Assembly (NCBI GenBank): GCA_965248265.1
Contig: CBDFJF010000001.1
Span: 1,280,001 to 1,344,000, forward strand
Reading direction: 5' to 3'
DNA length: 64,000 nt
DNA from: Candidatus Latescibacterota bacterium
GTDB taxonomy: Bacteria > Latescibacterota > UBA2968 > UBA8231
The position numbers and the translations under genes were made by a program. This document shows positions 1-9,131 of the stretch, one piece after another. Position 1 is the stretch's first letter, and each line of letters begins with the position of its first letter. The notes beneath the pieces are model-generated. The model had not been told where the DNA came from, did no database searches, and saw only the letters and a program-made list of their open reading frames with translations.

Positions 1-813
1 ACGTTGTCGGTTTCGACCCCGTTGATTGCTCTGGTGATGTCGAGGCTGCTCTGGTCGCTGCCTCCCGAAACCTGGGGGTGGATCTCGATGGGAGGCGCCT
101 TAGTCTACGGGGTCGCGGCGGAAAGCTTGAGGCGTATCGGTATCAGCAAGGCCCTGCCATACACCCAGGCCCTGGTGTCACTGCTCCTCCTGACGATTGC
201 GCTGTGTCACCTTCTGCATGGCGACACCCTCTTCCTGGCCCTGGCAGCCGAAGCCGTCGTCCTCCACCTCATATGCCGTCGGTTGTCCGATCGTGGCACG
301 GCCATAAGTGCGCATCTGTTGTTCGCAGCCATCGGAGTATGGCTTGCTGAACGCCTGTTGGTCACGCCGGTGGCAGGCATGGCAATACTCAATGTGAAGG
401 CGCTGACGTACCTGGCCGTGATTGCAGCAGCGTCGGGGATTTCTGTAATACTTCGATCGCATACAGAGCAACTGGCGTATCGTCTTACGGCCCATGTTGC
501 CCTCTTGGGATGGATTTTCAAGGAACTCTATTCGGTGGATGGCGGACAGGGGTACGTCACGGTTGTATGGGGCCTCTATGCGATCATACTTCTCCTTGCC
601 GGACTCCGTCAGAATCTCAACCAACTCGTCGTCGTCGCCATGGGAACCCTGCTTCTGGTGGTGGGAAAGCTCTTCGTGGTTGATCTAGCCGAGGTAGAAA
701 CGATCTGGCGTATCCTTCTGTTCCTGGGATTTGGTGGCATCTTTCTGGTGCTCAGCTACTATTTCCAGCACCTGTGGAAACGCCCATCGGAGTCCGCAGA
801 GGAACCAACGTGA
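1..813 (+). CDS. DUF2339-like multi-pass membrane protein, C-terminal part (probably 5'-truncated by the window edge)
   Basis: Many hydrophobic helices. The C-terminal 'VVGKLFVVDLAEVETIWRILLFLGFGGIFLVLSYYFQ' is typical of DUF2339 proteins. Confidence 0.7.
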   Translation, partial: TLSVSTPLIALVMSRLLWSLPPETWGWISMGGALVYGVAAESLRRIGISKALPYTQALVSLLLLTIALCHLLHGDTLFLALAAEAVVLHLICRRLSDRGTAISAHLLFAAIGVWLAERLLVTPVAGMAILNVKALTYLAVIAAASGISVILRSHTEQLAYRLTAHVALLGWIFKELYSVDGGQGYVTVVWGLYAIILLLAGLRQNLNQLVVVAMGTLLLVVGKLFVVDLAEVETIWRILLFLGFGGIFLVLSYYFQHLWKRPSESAEEPT

Positions 814-998
814 ATTCAAGATTTGCAGATTTTGCTGATAAAACAGAATATGCTGCAGGGAGCACAGACCCGATGACCCGTGGAGGAGGCTGGAGTTCCA
901 TCCATCCGGCCTACGTGCGCCTCACCAGCCACCACGCAACAAATGCCGAGTTCTCCTACACCACCGGATTCCGCTGTGCATGGGCTGCAGGTAAATAA
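810..998 (+). pseudogene. C-terminal remnant of a formylglycine-generating-enzyme (FGE-sulfatase/SUMF1) domain gene
   Basis: The 62-codon frame reads TRGGGWSS...VRLT...TTGFRCA, matching the FGE-domain C-terminal RGGSW...R...GFRC motif. The rest of the domain is absent. Confidence 0.6.
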
Positions 999-2336
999 GT
1001 GAACGACGATGTGAGAAACGATCGGCGAACCATCTTCGGTTGGGCCATGTACGACTGGGCAAACTCGGCCTACGCCACAACCACGATGGCCGCAGTCCTG
1101 CCCGCCGTGTTCTCGGGATCGATCGTTCCCGAGGGCGGCTACGCGCTCTTCGGTCACCTCTGGGACGGCCAGACACTGTGGGCCTTTCTGGTGAGCTTCG
1201 CTGCATTCCTCGTGTTCCTGCTGGCGCCGGTTCTGGGTGCCATCGCGGATTTCACTGCTGCCAAGAAACGTTTCCTGCGCGTTTTCGCATACGGTGGAGC
1301 ACTGTTTGCGACCCTGCTGTGCTTTGTCGGAACCGGGGACGTGATGCTTACCATGGCGCTGTTTCTGATCTCGCAGATGGGTTTTGTCAGTGCCAATGTC
1401 TTTTACGACGGTTTCCTTCCGGACATATCCACTCCCGACACCATCGACCAGGTCTCAGCCAAAGGCTACGCGTTTGGCTATCTGGGTGGTGGCTTGCAGT
1501 TCGCTATGTCATTGATCTTGATCAAATTGCACGCTCATTTTGGGATCTCCGAAACAACCGCTGTGCAGCTGGCCTTGGCCATGGTCGGCGTGTGGTGGTT
1601 CGCGTTCTCTACCATCGCGTTCTCACGCTTGCGGGAAACGGGTGAGAGCCGCGAGTTGCCAGCGACCTACAGCAGCCGGCCGAAGTTGATCTCCTTCGTC
1701 AACGTTGGCTTTGACCGCACCTGGGACACGGCGCGCAAACTCCTCGGTTTTCGGCAACTGAGTCTGTTCCTGCTCGCCTACATGATCTACAACGACGGCG
1801 TGCAAACGGTGATCGCGATGGCCTCTTCCTACGCTACCGACACTTTGAAGCTCGAGATGTGGGTGATCATGGCGGCCATGCTGGTAATTCAGGTCGTCGC
1901 GTTCGTTGGGGCACTCGTCTTCGGTGTGCTCGCCGACCGGATGGGAGCGCAACGAGCGGTACTGGTGTCGCTGGCGTTGTGGAGCCTGGCGGTCGTCAAC
2001 GCTTTCTTCCTGCCGGAAGGAGCCGCCGTGAGGTTTCTGGTACTTGGGGCCTTCGTCGGTCTGGTGCTGGGAGGGACTCAGTCGCTGAGTCGCAGCTTGT
2101 ACGGCTCGATGATTCCGGAGCAGGCCTCGGCTGAGTTCTACGGTTTCTATTCCGTGTTCTCGAAATTCTCCGCTATCTGGGGGCCTTTCATTTTCGGGTT
2201 GGTCAGTTACTCGACGGGCTCGGGACGCTACGCCATCCTGTCTATCGTCATCCTCCTGGTCGCGGGCGCCGTACTATTGGCCAAAGTGAATATCGAAGAG
2301 GCTCGGGCATCGCGGCTGCAGTGGAAGTTCGATTGA
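999..2336 (+). CDS. MFS transporter, UMF1/Atg22-like family
   Basis: N-terminal GWAMYDWANSAY and SLSRSLY/EFYGFYS motifs, with about 12 TM segments. Confidence 0.9.
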   Translation: MNDDVRNDRRTIFGWAMYDWANSAYATTTMAAVLPAVFSGSIVPEGGYALFGHLWDGQTLWAFLVSFAAFLVFLLAPVLGAIADFTAAKKRFLRVFAYGGALFATLLCFVGTGDVMLTMALFLISQMGFVSANVFYDGFLPDISTPDTIDQVSAKGYAFGYLGGGLQFAMSLILIKLHAHFGISETTAVQLALAMVGVWWFAFSTIAFSRLRETGESRELPATYSSRPKLISFVNVGFDRTWDTARKLLGFRQLSLFLLAYMIYNDGVQTVIAMASSYATDTLKLEMWVIMAAMLVIQVVAFVGALVFGVLADRMGAQRAVLVSLALWSLAVVNAFFLPEGAAVRFLVLGAFVGLVLGGTQSLSRSLYGSMIPEQASAEFYGFYSVFSKFSAIWGPFIFGLVSYSTGSGRYAILSIVILLVAGAVLLAKVNIEEARASRLQWKFD

Positions 2337-2338
2337 GC

Positions 2339-3676
2339 ATGCTGACGCACATCGTGCATCCCGTCTTGCGCCTGGCCTTGTGGGTGTTCTTTCGCAACAT
2401 CGACGTCAGAGGTCGCGACACGGTCCCCTCGGATAGACCGCTCATCTACGTGGCCAATCATCCCAACGTGATGATGGACCCCCTCATCATCGGTCTCAAC
2501 ACTCCTGGCAAGATCCCCCACTTTCTCGGCAAGGGCACGCTCTTCAACTATCGCCTGTTGGCCTGGTTCTTGCGCAAACTGGGTGTGATCGCCGTGGCCC
2601 GCGCCCGGGATAAGGACTCCCGCATGTCCTCCAACCGGGACATGCTGCGCGCTTCCTACCAGGTCCTGGGGCGTGGTGAAGCGCTGGCGATCTTCCCCGA
2701 AGGCATCAGCCATGCGCTCATGCGCGTCCACGAGCTGGAACCGGGCGTTGCCCGTATCGCGCTGAAGGCAGAAACGGACCACGCAAATGGGGCTGGAGTA
2801 CACATCGTCCCGATCGGACTGTCCTACGCCGATCCCGGTGTTTTTCGCAGTGACGTCGATGTCCATTTTGGCGAGGCCATCGTGGTGCGTCCGTTCGTGA
2901 AAACGACCCAGGAGAGTCGTCGTGCCGCGGAGAAGGAGTTGACCGCGCTGATTCACGAACGTCTGGCAGCACTGACGCCGCACGTCGAGGGCACCGATCT
3001 CGAAGCCATCATCAGAGACTTGTCTGCTATCTATGCCGACGAGGTAATGGCGCAACTGCCCGAATCGGAGGAGTTGAGCAAGAGATTGCGCGCGGACCAG
3101 GAAATCATCCGCGGTGTACAGTATTTCTCGGAGACCGAACCGGAATTGGTACAGACATTCGCTAGGAGGCTACGCGCACACCGGCGCAAGATCAGCCGCC
3201 TGGGGTTGGGTCTTGATTCGTTGTCAGTGCGAGACACTCCGTGGCAACCGTTGCGCCTCCTGCTCGCCATGATACTGTCGCCGCTAGCTGTTTACGGGTT
3301 CGTCCACAACGCCCTGCCGTACTACGTCCCTCGCCTTCTCGCGCGCCGCTATCGACAGGAGCCGGAAATGATCGCGACCGTCAAGATGACTACTGGCGCC
3401 GGTTTGTTCATTCTATGGTACCTCATTCTCGCGGTAGCCGCGGTAGTCATTCTAGGAACTGTGGGTGCTTTGTTTTACGCTCTCTCACTGCCTTTGAGTG
3501 GTCTCCTGACTCTTGCTTATGATGAACAGATCCTGCAGAAATTGTCGCTTTGGAAAGGGGCCGGATGGGGTGGCAGTAGGCGGCGGCGCCATCTTCGGAG
3601 ACTGGCAGACGAGCGGACCGCAATCATCGCCGACCTCGACGCGCTTAAGGATCGCTATGTGGCGGCGGAAGCCTGA
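2339..3676 (+). CDS. Lysophospholipid/glycerol-3-phosphate acyltransferase family protein with C-terminal TM region
   Basis: NHxxxxD (ANHPNVMMD) and FPEG motifs. ATG at 2339 follows the MFS stop. Confidence 0.85.
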   Translation: MLTHIVHPVLRLALWVFFRNIDVRGRDTVPSDRPLIYVANHPNVMMDPLIIGLNTPGKIPHFLGKGTLFNYRLLAWFLRKLGVIAVARARDKDSRMSSNRDMLRASYQVLGRGEALAIFPEGISHALMRVHELEPGVARIALKAETDHANGAGVHIVPIGLSYADPGVFRSDVDVHFGEAIVVRPFVKTTQESRRAAEKELTALIHERLAALTPHVEGTDLEAIIRDLSAIYADEVMAQLPESEELSKRLRADQEIIRGVQYFSETEPELVQTFARRLRAHRRKISRLGLGLDSLSVRDTPWQPLRLLLAMILSPLAVYGFVHNALPYYVPRLLARRYRQEPEMIATVKMTTGAGLFILWYLILAVAAVVILGTVGALFYALSLPLSGLLTLAYDEQILQKLSLWKGAGWGGSRRRRHLRRLADERTAIIADLDALKDRYVAAEA

Positions 3677-3737
3677 ATCTTCATTATTGTAGGTTGCGTT
3701 CTGTCAATGCTTGCCGATTCGCTAAAGGAGACCCGCC

Positions 3738-5174
3738 ATGCCTGACTCTCCGAATGTCCTGCTGATCAGCACCGACCACTGGCCGGGCCTGCTGATGGGT
3801 GCGGCCGGACATGACCGTATTCTGACGCCGACGCTGGATCAGCTGGCCGCCAACGGGGTGCGCTTTTCTCAGGCCTATACCGCCACGCCTACTTGTATAC
3901 CCGCCCGGCGCGCTCTGATGACGGGGACGTCCGCGAAAACGCACGGCGACCGGACTTTCGATGAGCACCTGCCCATGGACCCGAACCTGCCGACGATGCC
4001 GCAGGTGTTCCGCGATGCCGGTTATCAGGCCAAGGCTGTCGGCAAGCTCCACGTCTATCCCCAACGCGACCGCATAGGTTTTGATGAAGTGATTCTGTGC
4101 GAAGAAGGCCGTCATCACCTGGGTGGGGACGACGATGACTTCGAACGCTTTCTCAAGCGCGAGGGCTATCCGGGCCAGGAACTCACCCACGCCATGGGCA
4201 ACAACACCTACGACGTGCGGCCGTGGCATTTACCCGAACACTGTCATCCCACCAACTGGACCGTGCGGGAAATGTGCCAGCAGATCCAGCGCCGTGATCC
4301 AACCCGGCCGGCCTTCTGGTATTGCTCCTTCATCACCCCACATCCACCCGTGACTCCACCGCGTGACTACCTGGATCTCTATCATCGCCTCGGCGTGGAC
4401 GAACCCGTTGTCGCTGACTGGGCCCGCGACCTCGACAACCTGCCCTACCCCCTCCACCGTTACCGAGCACTTACACCGCAGGACCCGACCAGTACGATGC
4501 TGGCGCGCCAGGGCTTCTACGCACAGTGCTCCTACATCGACCACCAGATTCGGCTGCTGATCGGCCAGCTGCGCGAAGATGGGCTCCTCGACGACACCAT
4601 CGTCATGTTCGTATCCGACCACGGCGACATGCTCGGCAACCACGGCCTCTGGGCCAAACCGCCGATGTACGAGTGGTCGGCGAAGATCCCGATGATCCTG
4701 ATGCCCACCGCGGCCTATGATCGCTTCGGCCACCACCAGACGGACGACCGCTTGGTGGAACTGCGCGACGTCATGCCGACCCTCCTCGACCTGTGCGGTG
4801 TCGATATTCCGGATACCGTTGAAGGGATGTCATTGGTAGGCGAACAGCAGCGCGAACATCTCTACTGCGAGCATTTCGAGGTCGCGGAAATGGCCCTGCG
4901 CATGATCAGGGCCGGGAACCATAAACTGATCTGGTACCCTTGTGGCAATCGCCTGCAGCTGTTCGATCTGGAGAGTGACCCACAGGAGATGCGGGACCTC
5001 GCCGCGGACCCCAGCTGCGCCCCTGTGTTGGAACGATTGACGGCGTTACTGGTATCCGAGCTGTATGGAAGCGATCTGGACTGGGTGGAGAACGGCAAGC
5101 TGGTGGGAGCGCCTGCTCCGAACTTTGAGCCCCAGCCCAATCGACGTCTGTCCGGTCAGCGAGGATGGAGATAA
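3738..5174 (+). CDS. Cys-type sulfatase (arylsulfatase/choline-sulfatase-like)
   Basis: CxPxR (TCIPARRALMTG), GKLH, SDHGD and LFDLESDPQE motifs. GGAG RBS. Confidence 0.92.
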   Translation: MPDSPNVLLISTDHWPGLLMGAAGHDRILTPTLDQLAANGVRFSQAYTATPTCIPARRALMTGTSAKTHGDRTFDEHLPMDPNLPTMPQVFRDAGYQAKAVGKLHVYPQRDRIGFDEVILCEEGRHHLGGDDDDFERFLKREGYPGQELTHAMGNNTYDVRPWHLPEHCHPTNWTVREMCQQIQRRDPTRPAFWYCSFITPHPPVTPPRDYLDLYHRLGVDEPVVADWARDLDNLPYPLHRYRALTPQDPTSTMLARQGFYAQCSYIDHQIRLLIGQLREDGLLDDTIVMFVSDHGDMLGNHGLWAKPPMYEWSAKIPMILMPTAAYDRFGHHQTDDRLVELRDVMPTLLDLCGVDIPDTVEGMSLVGEQQREHLYCEHFEVAEMALRMIRAGNHKLIWYPCGNRLQLFDLESDPQEMRDLAADPSCAPVLERLTALLVSELYGSDLDWVENGKLVGAPAPNFEPQPNRRLSGQRGWR

Positions 5175-5229
5175 CTCCTGCCCCGCCTGAGCTTGCGAGA
5201 AGTTGGAGCCGTGGTACGAAACGTTTCCT

Positions 5230-5505
5230 TCAGGACGCAGGGTCGGCATCGCCGGGCTGCACCGCGATGCCCAAACTCTTGTACAGATCCACCTCCACTG
5301 CATCACTCAGGTAGATCCAGCTGTCCACCGGTTTGACCAGGATCATCTCACCGAAATCGCGGTCGATGACGTGCTTGGGAGTGGACAGCCAGTCGTGGAT
5401 CTCCGCGCTCAACGGTGCGGGACCCTCAACCGTGCAGGTGCAGCTTTTCTCGTCATAGCGGACGAGCCACTGATCGCTGCCTTTCTTTAACCTCAGAAAC
5501 TTCAT
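5230..5505 (-). CDS. Small hypothetical protein (91 aa)
   Basis: ATG-started ORF MKFLRLKKGSDQWLVRYD... with protein-like composition, filling the gap between two genes. No family recognised. Confidence 0.55.
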   Translation of the reverse strand: MKFLRLKKGSDQWLVRYDEKSCTCTVEGPAPLSAEIHDWLSTPKHVIDRDFGEMILVKPVDSWIYLSDAVEVDLYKSLGIAVQPGDADPAS

Positions 5506-5624
5506 CAATCCGGTCGCCTGTGGTGAGCGGTTGCTGCCAGGACGCAGATTTGTGTTCGCTGGATAGGGTACGCAGATTTCCACGCCAGACCAAGTAACTC
5601 AAAACCTAGACAAATACAGGAAAA

Positions 5625-6596
5625 ATGGCTGATTATACCAGCAAGCGAATTTTGTCTACAGCTCCCATAACGGATGAATCTATACAGATCCTCGAGCAGG
5701 TGGCCCCCGTCGTAACCGCGTCCTCCCCCGACGAGGACACCTTGATGGGGTACCTGGAAAACACGGTCGGCATTGTCTGTCGCGGTGAAGGAGTCGTCAC
5801 CGCCCGCATGATCGAGGCGGCGCCAGACCTGAGGGTCATCGGCCGACCGGGAGCCGGGTACGACACCGTCGATCTGGAAGCCGCAGGTGCCAGGAAAATC
5901 CCCCTCGTCTACGCGCCGATTGGCGGCTTCGCCGTCGCCGAGGGCACCGTCGGTCTATTGCTGTCGCTGGTCAAGCGCTTGTCCATCACCGACCGCGCCC
6001 TGCGGGCCGGCGACTGGAACGTGCGCTACGAGGTGCCGACAGGGGATCTCGTTACCCGGACCCTCGGTATCGTCGGCCTGGGCCGCATCGGCTCCCAGGT
6101 GGCGCGCTTGATCAGACCTTTCGACATGCGGGTACTGGGGTGCGATCCGTTAGTCGATCCAAAAACGGTCGCCGAGCTGGGCGTCGAGCTCGTCGATTTT
6201 GACACTCTGCTGGGCGAAAGTGACTACGTCACCCTTCACGTTCCACTGGAAGACGGTACCCGTGGTCTCATCGATCGGGCCGCCATCGCCCGTATGAGAG
6301 AGGGCGCGTTCCTGCTCAACCTCGCGCGTGGGGGCGTCGTCGAAAGTCTGGATGCGCTTTCCGAAGGACTCGAAAGTGGTCAGCTTGGAGGAGTCGCCCT
6401 CGATGTATTCCCCACCGAGCCACCTGATTTCACCCACCGCATCTTTCAGGATGAACACTGCATCTTCACCGCGCACAACATCGGCACCAGCAAGGTCGCC
6501 CTCAAGCGCATCCTGGATTCAATGTCGACGAGTATGGTCAACGTCCTCAACGGCAAGGCACCTGAGTACTGCGTCAATCCGGAAGTATTGGACTAG
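5625..6596 (+). CDS. D-2-hydroxyacid/phosphoglycerate dehydrogenase family protein
   Basis: GxGxIG (GLGRIG), GAGYDTVD, NLARG and ALDVFPTEP motifs. Confidence 0.9.
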   Translation: MADYTSKRILSTAPITDESIQILEQVAPVVTASSPDEDTLMGYLENTVGIVCRGEGVVTARMIEAAPDLRVIGRPGAGYDTVDLEAAGARKIPLVYAPIGGFAVAEGTVGLLLSLVKRLSITDRALRAGDWNVRYEVPTGDLVTRTLGIVGLGRIGSQVARLIRPFDMRVLGCDPLVDPKTVAELGVELVDFDTLLGESDYVTLHVPLEDGTRGLIDRAAIARMREGAFLLNLARGGVVESLDALSEGLESGQLGGVALDVFPTEPPDFTHRIFQDEHCIFTAHNIGTSKVALKRILDSMSTSMVNVLNGKAPEYCVNPEVLD

Positions 6597-6758
6597 GAGC
6601 CTGTCCGAGTATTCGCTTTGATAGGCGAGGGGGCGTCATTGTCGTCGATGGCAAGGCGCGTGATCGATCTGAATTGACGAATTCAGAGAGAGAGACGGAA
6701 CGCTGGCAGCGGCGGCAATGACGCCCCCGCAGCCCAAATGGGATACTCGGACAGGCTC
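6597..6758. mobile_element. MITE-like element, 162 bp, with 16-bp perfect terminal inverted repeats and CTAG flanks
   Basis: GAGCCTGTCCGAGTAT (6597-6612) pairs with ATACTCGGACAGGCTC (6743-6758). CTAG lies at 6593-6596 and 6759-6762. Nested internal inverted repeats. No transposase. Confidence 0.75.
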
Positions 6759-6764
6759 CTAGCC

Positions 6765-7661
6765 TCAGCGCACGAACCAGCGCATCGCACACCGCATCTG
6801 AGTGTCGGTGGTTGCAAGTGTGTAGGGGTCGTGGATACGGCGCTCGACAAAGCCATCGGTCCGGCACATCAGCCAGCCGAAATCCCACGCCTTGCTGGCG
6901 TAGCGCATCGGCACCGCAGGCCGCACCCGCACCAGAGGATGCGTCCCGGCGTTGAGGAGCCGCTTCCCGGTGTAGTAGTAGCAGGCTCCTACCTTTACGA
7001 AGACCTCGTGCTGTAGCGGCGATTCGCCTTCCGCAGCCAGATCGGCGCATAGCCCGGTGATGCCTACCTTGACGTCGCGGCCAGCGATCACCGCCGCCTC
7101 CAATGCATCGATCGATCCCTCCGAGTGACCGTCGGCCGAGTGACTGAACACCTCCTCCCAGCTGTCGCGGACCCAGTAGCGGAAAACCTCAAAGTCATAG
7201 ACGAAGTTTTGACTGGGAGCCTTGGTGTCCAGGTCGACGTTGTCGATGACATGGTGTTTCGGCATCGCCGGCGACGGCTTGGCCAGCTTATCCTCCCTCT
7301 GGCGACCGGCCGGTGAATCTTCGAAAATCGGCCGTGCGATCGCCTGTTCGCCGTTCTGGTTGTACATGAAGAAGGACATCGAGGACCCAGGCCCGAACCC
7401 TGGCAGCAATGACACGGGCTGTCTCAGATTGATTACACCGGCGCTCCACCGATCATCGATCAGATAGGTGATCCCGAAATCGGCTACCTCCTCCACCACC
7501 TCGTCGCTACCTGAATCTGGATCGATGTGCTCGCCGTGGAGAAACTGGGTGCCGATGCGCAGATCGGCACCACCACGGATGGCGTCCGCCAGTACCCCTT
7601 CGCTGCCGGCTGCAACCGCTCTGTCTTGATCGAGCTCCAGTACCTTCATCCACTCTGACAT
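6765..7661 (-). CDS. Hypothetical protein with a two-fold internal repeat; paralog of 16501-17334
   Basis: Two copies of a W..V.....GS...L..A+..G.D++ unit. Ends in RWFVR. Confidence 0.8.
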   Translation of the reverse strand: MSEWMKVLELDQDRAVAAGSEGVLADAIRGGADLRIGTQFLHGEHIDPDSGSDEVVEEVADFGITYLIDDRWSAGVINLRQPVSLLPGFGPGSSMSFFMYNQNGEQAIARPIFEDSPAGRQREDKLAKPSPAMPKHHVIDNVDLDTKAPSQNFVYDFEVFRYWVRDSWEEVFSHSADGHSEGSIDALEAAVIAGRDVKVGITGLCADLAAEGESPLQHEVFVKVGACYYYTGKRLLNAGTHPLVRVRPAVPMRYASKAWDFGWLMCRTDGFVERRIHDPYTLATTDTQMRCAMRWFVR

Positions 7662-7707
7662 TCAGTCACCCCTTCAAAGATTGGTATTGAGTTGCAGCGG
7701 TGATGAA

Positions 7708-8088
7708 TCATCCGCCGAGGATCGCGTAGGCTTCGATTTCGACCACCAGATCGGGATGCCCCAACGCCGCGACTTGCACCAGCGTCGACGCCGGCTTGAT
7801 CTCCCCGAACACCGCGCTGTGAGCCCGCGCCACCGCATCCATGTCCGCCATGTCGGTGACGTAGACGACCGTGCGGACCACGTCGCTGAAAGAAGCACCA
7901 GCTTCATCCAGAGCCTTGCCGATGATGCCGAGGGCGGCCGTCGACTGCTCGTGGGCGTCGCCGGTGGTATGGGGCGCCTGCGCGCAGGTACCTGCCACGT
8001 GCACGTGATCGCCGACCCGGACAGCACGCGAATAACCGAACGTCGACTCAAACGGTCCGCCACTGGAGATATTCTGTCGCTTCGCCAC
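7708..8088 (-). CDS. RidA/YjgF/UK114 family protein
   Basis: GYSRAVRVG, DVVRT, PAST and VEIEA motifs. GTG start at 8088 with AGGAG RBS. Confidence 0.92.
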   Translation of the reverse strand: MAKRQNISSGGPFESTFGYSRAVRVGDHVHVAGTCAQAPHTTGDAHEQSTAALGIIGKALDEAGASFSDVVRTVVYVTDMADMDAVARAHSAVFGEIKPASTLVQVAALGHPDLVVEIEAYAILGG

Positions 8089-8116
8089 TTTGCTCCTCCT
8101 TGATCTCAGCATTGTT

Positions 8117-8170
8117 GTGCCCTGTCACGGAAGTAGGCCGAATACAAGAATACTTTTCGTGACAGGGCAC
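8117..8170. repeat. Inverted-repeat element of the GTGCCCTGTCACG family in a divergent intergenic region
   Basis: GTGCCCTGTCACGGAAGTA (8117-8135) pairs with TACTTTTCGTGACAGGGCAC (8151-8170). The arm recurs exactly at 13362-13380. Confidence 0.7.
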
Positions 8171-8280
8171 TGATTTGCGGCCACGCCGCAGATGTGGTAT
8201 CTACCATACGCGGCGGCCGGGCTCATCGCCAGAATTGCCCTTCACCTCCACCCACCCCAGACACGCTACGGAGAAGCAGC

Positions 8281-9054
8281 ATGCGCAGAAGCAAGACGCT
8301 AGAAAAACTACGAGCCGGCAAACTGGTGCGAATTTGCGGACTCGGCCACTACATCCCCTCGTTCGTGCGCCACGCCGCCCATTTTGACTTCGACTGTATC
8401 TGGCTCGATCTCGAGCACCGGGCCATGAGCGACAACGATGTGCGCTCGTTGCTGGGATTCTGTCATCAATTCGATATTGATTGCATGGTCCGTTCTCCAA
8501 CACTGGAGCGCGTTCGCATCTACCGCTATCTCGAGGATGGCGCCGCTGGATTGATGTTCCCGCACGTGACCACTCAGGAAGATGCCGAGCGCCTTGTTGA
8601 GGCCGCCAAATTCCCTCCGCTTGGCAATCGCGGTCTCGACGGGGCCGGCCTCGACACCGACTTCTTCCTTCAAGGCGGTCCCGGGTACACCGATGATGCC
8701 AACCGGGAGACCTTCGTGGTAGCGCAGATCGAATCGCCACAGGCCGTCGAGAATGTCGAAGCCATCGCCGCCGTCGAGGGCATCGACGCCGTGTTCATCG
8801 GGCCGGCGGATTTGGGGTTGCGACTCCAGCACCACGCCGGCTCCATGACCATGGAAGAGGCCACCCAACGCGTTGCCGCCGCCGCCGCTGCCAACGGCAA
8901 GCCCTGGGGCCGGCCAGCCGGCACCCCCGAATTGCTGCAGGAACTCTACGATCAAGGTGCGCGCCTGCTCGCCCAGGGCGGCGAATTTATCGCCATCCTG
9001 CAGATGCTGGAGGCCGCGTCCAAGGTTTTTACCGGAGTTGAACCTGTAGAATGA
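8281..9054 (+). CDS. HpcH/HpaI aldolase family protein
   Basis: WLDLEH, FPPLGNRG, QIES and FIGPADL motifs. Confidence 0.92.
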   Translation: MRRSKTLEKLRAGKLVRICGLGHYIPSFVRHAAHFDFDCIWLDLEHRAMSDNDVRSLLGFCHQFDIDCMVRSPTLERVRIYRYLEDGAAGLMFPHVTTQEDAERLVEAAKFPPLGNRGLDGAGLDTDFFLQGGPGYTDDANRETFVVAQIESPQAVENVEAIAAVEGIDAVFIGPADLGLRLQHHAGSMTMEEATQRVAAAAAANGKPWGRPAGTPELLQELYDQGARLLAQGGEFIAILQMLEAASKVFTGVEPVE

Positions 9055-9131
9055 ACGACTCGCCGATCAACTACCTCGAGGGCGAGCTGATGCCCCGGGA
9101 AGAAGCGAAGCGGGCGAACTCACCCACCTGA
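9051..9131 (+). pseudogene. Possible N-terminal remnant of a class IV (IlvE-like) aminotransferase
   Basis: An ATGA-coupled 26-codon frame, MNDSPINYLEGELMPREEAKRANSPT, resembles the IlvE N-terminus (YxxGExxPxxEAK). Confidence 0.45.
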
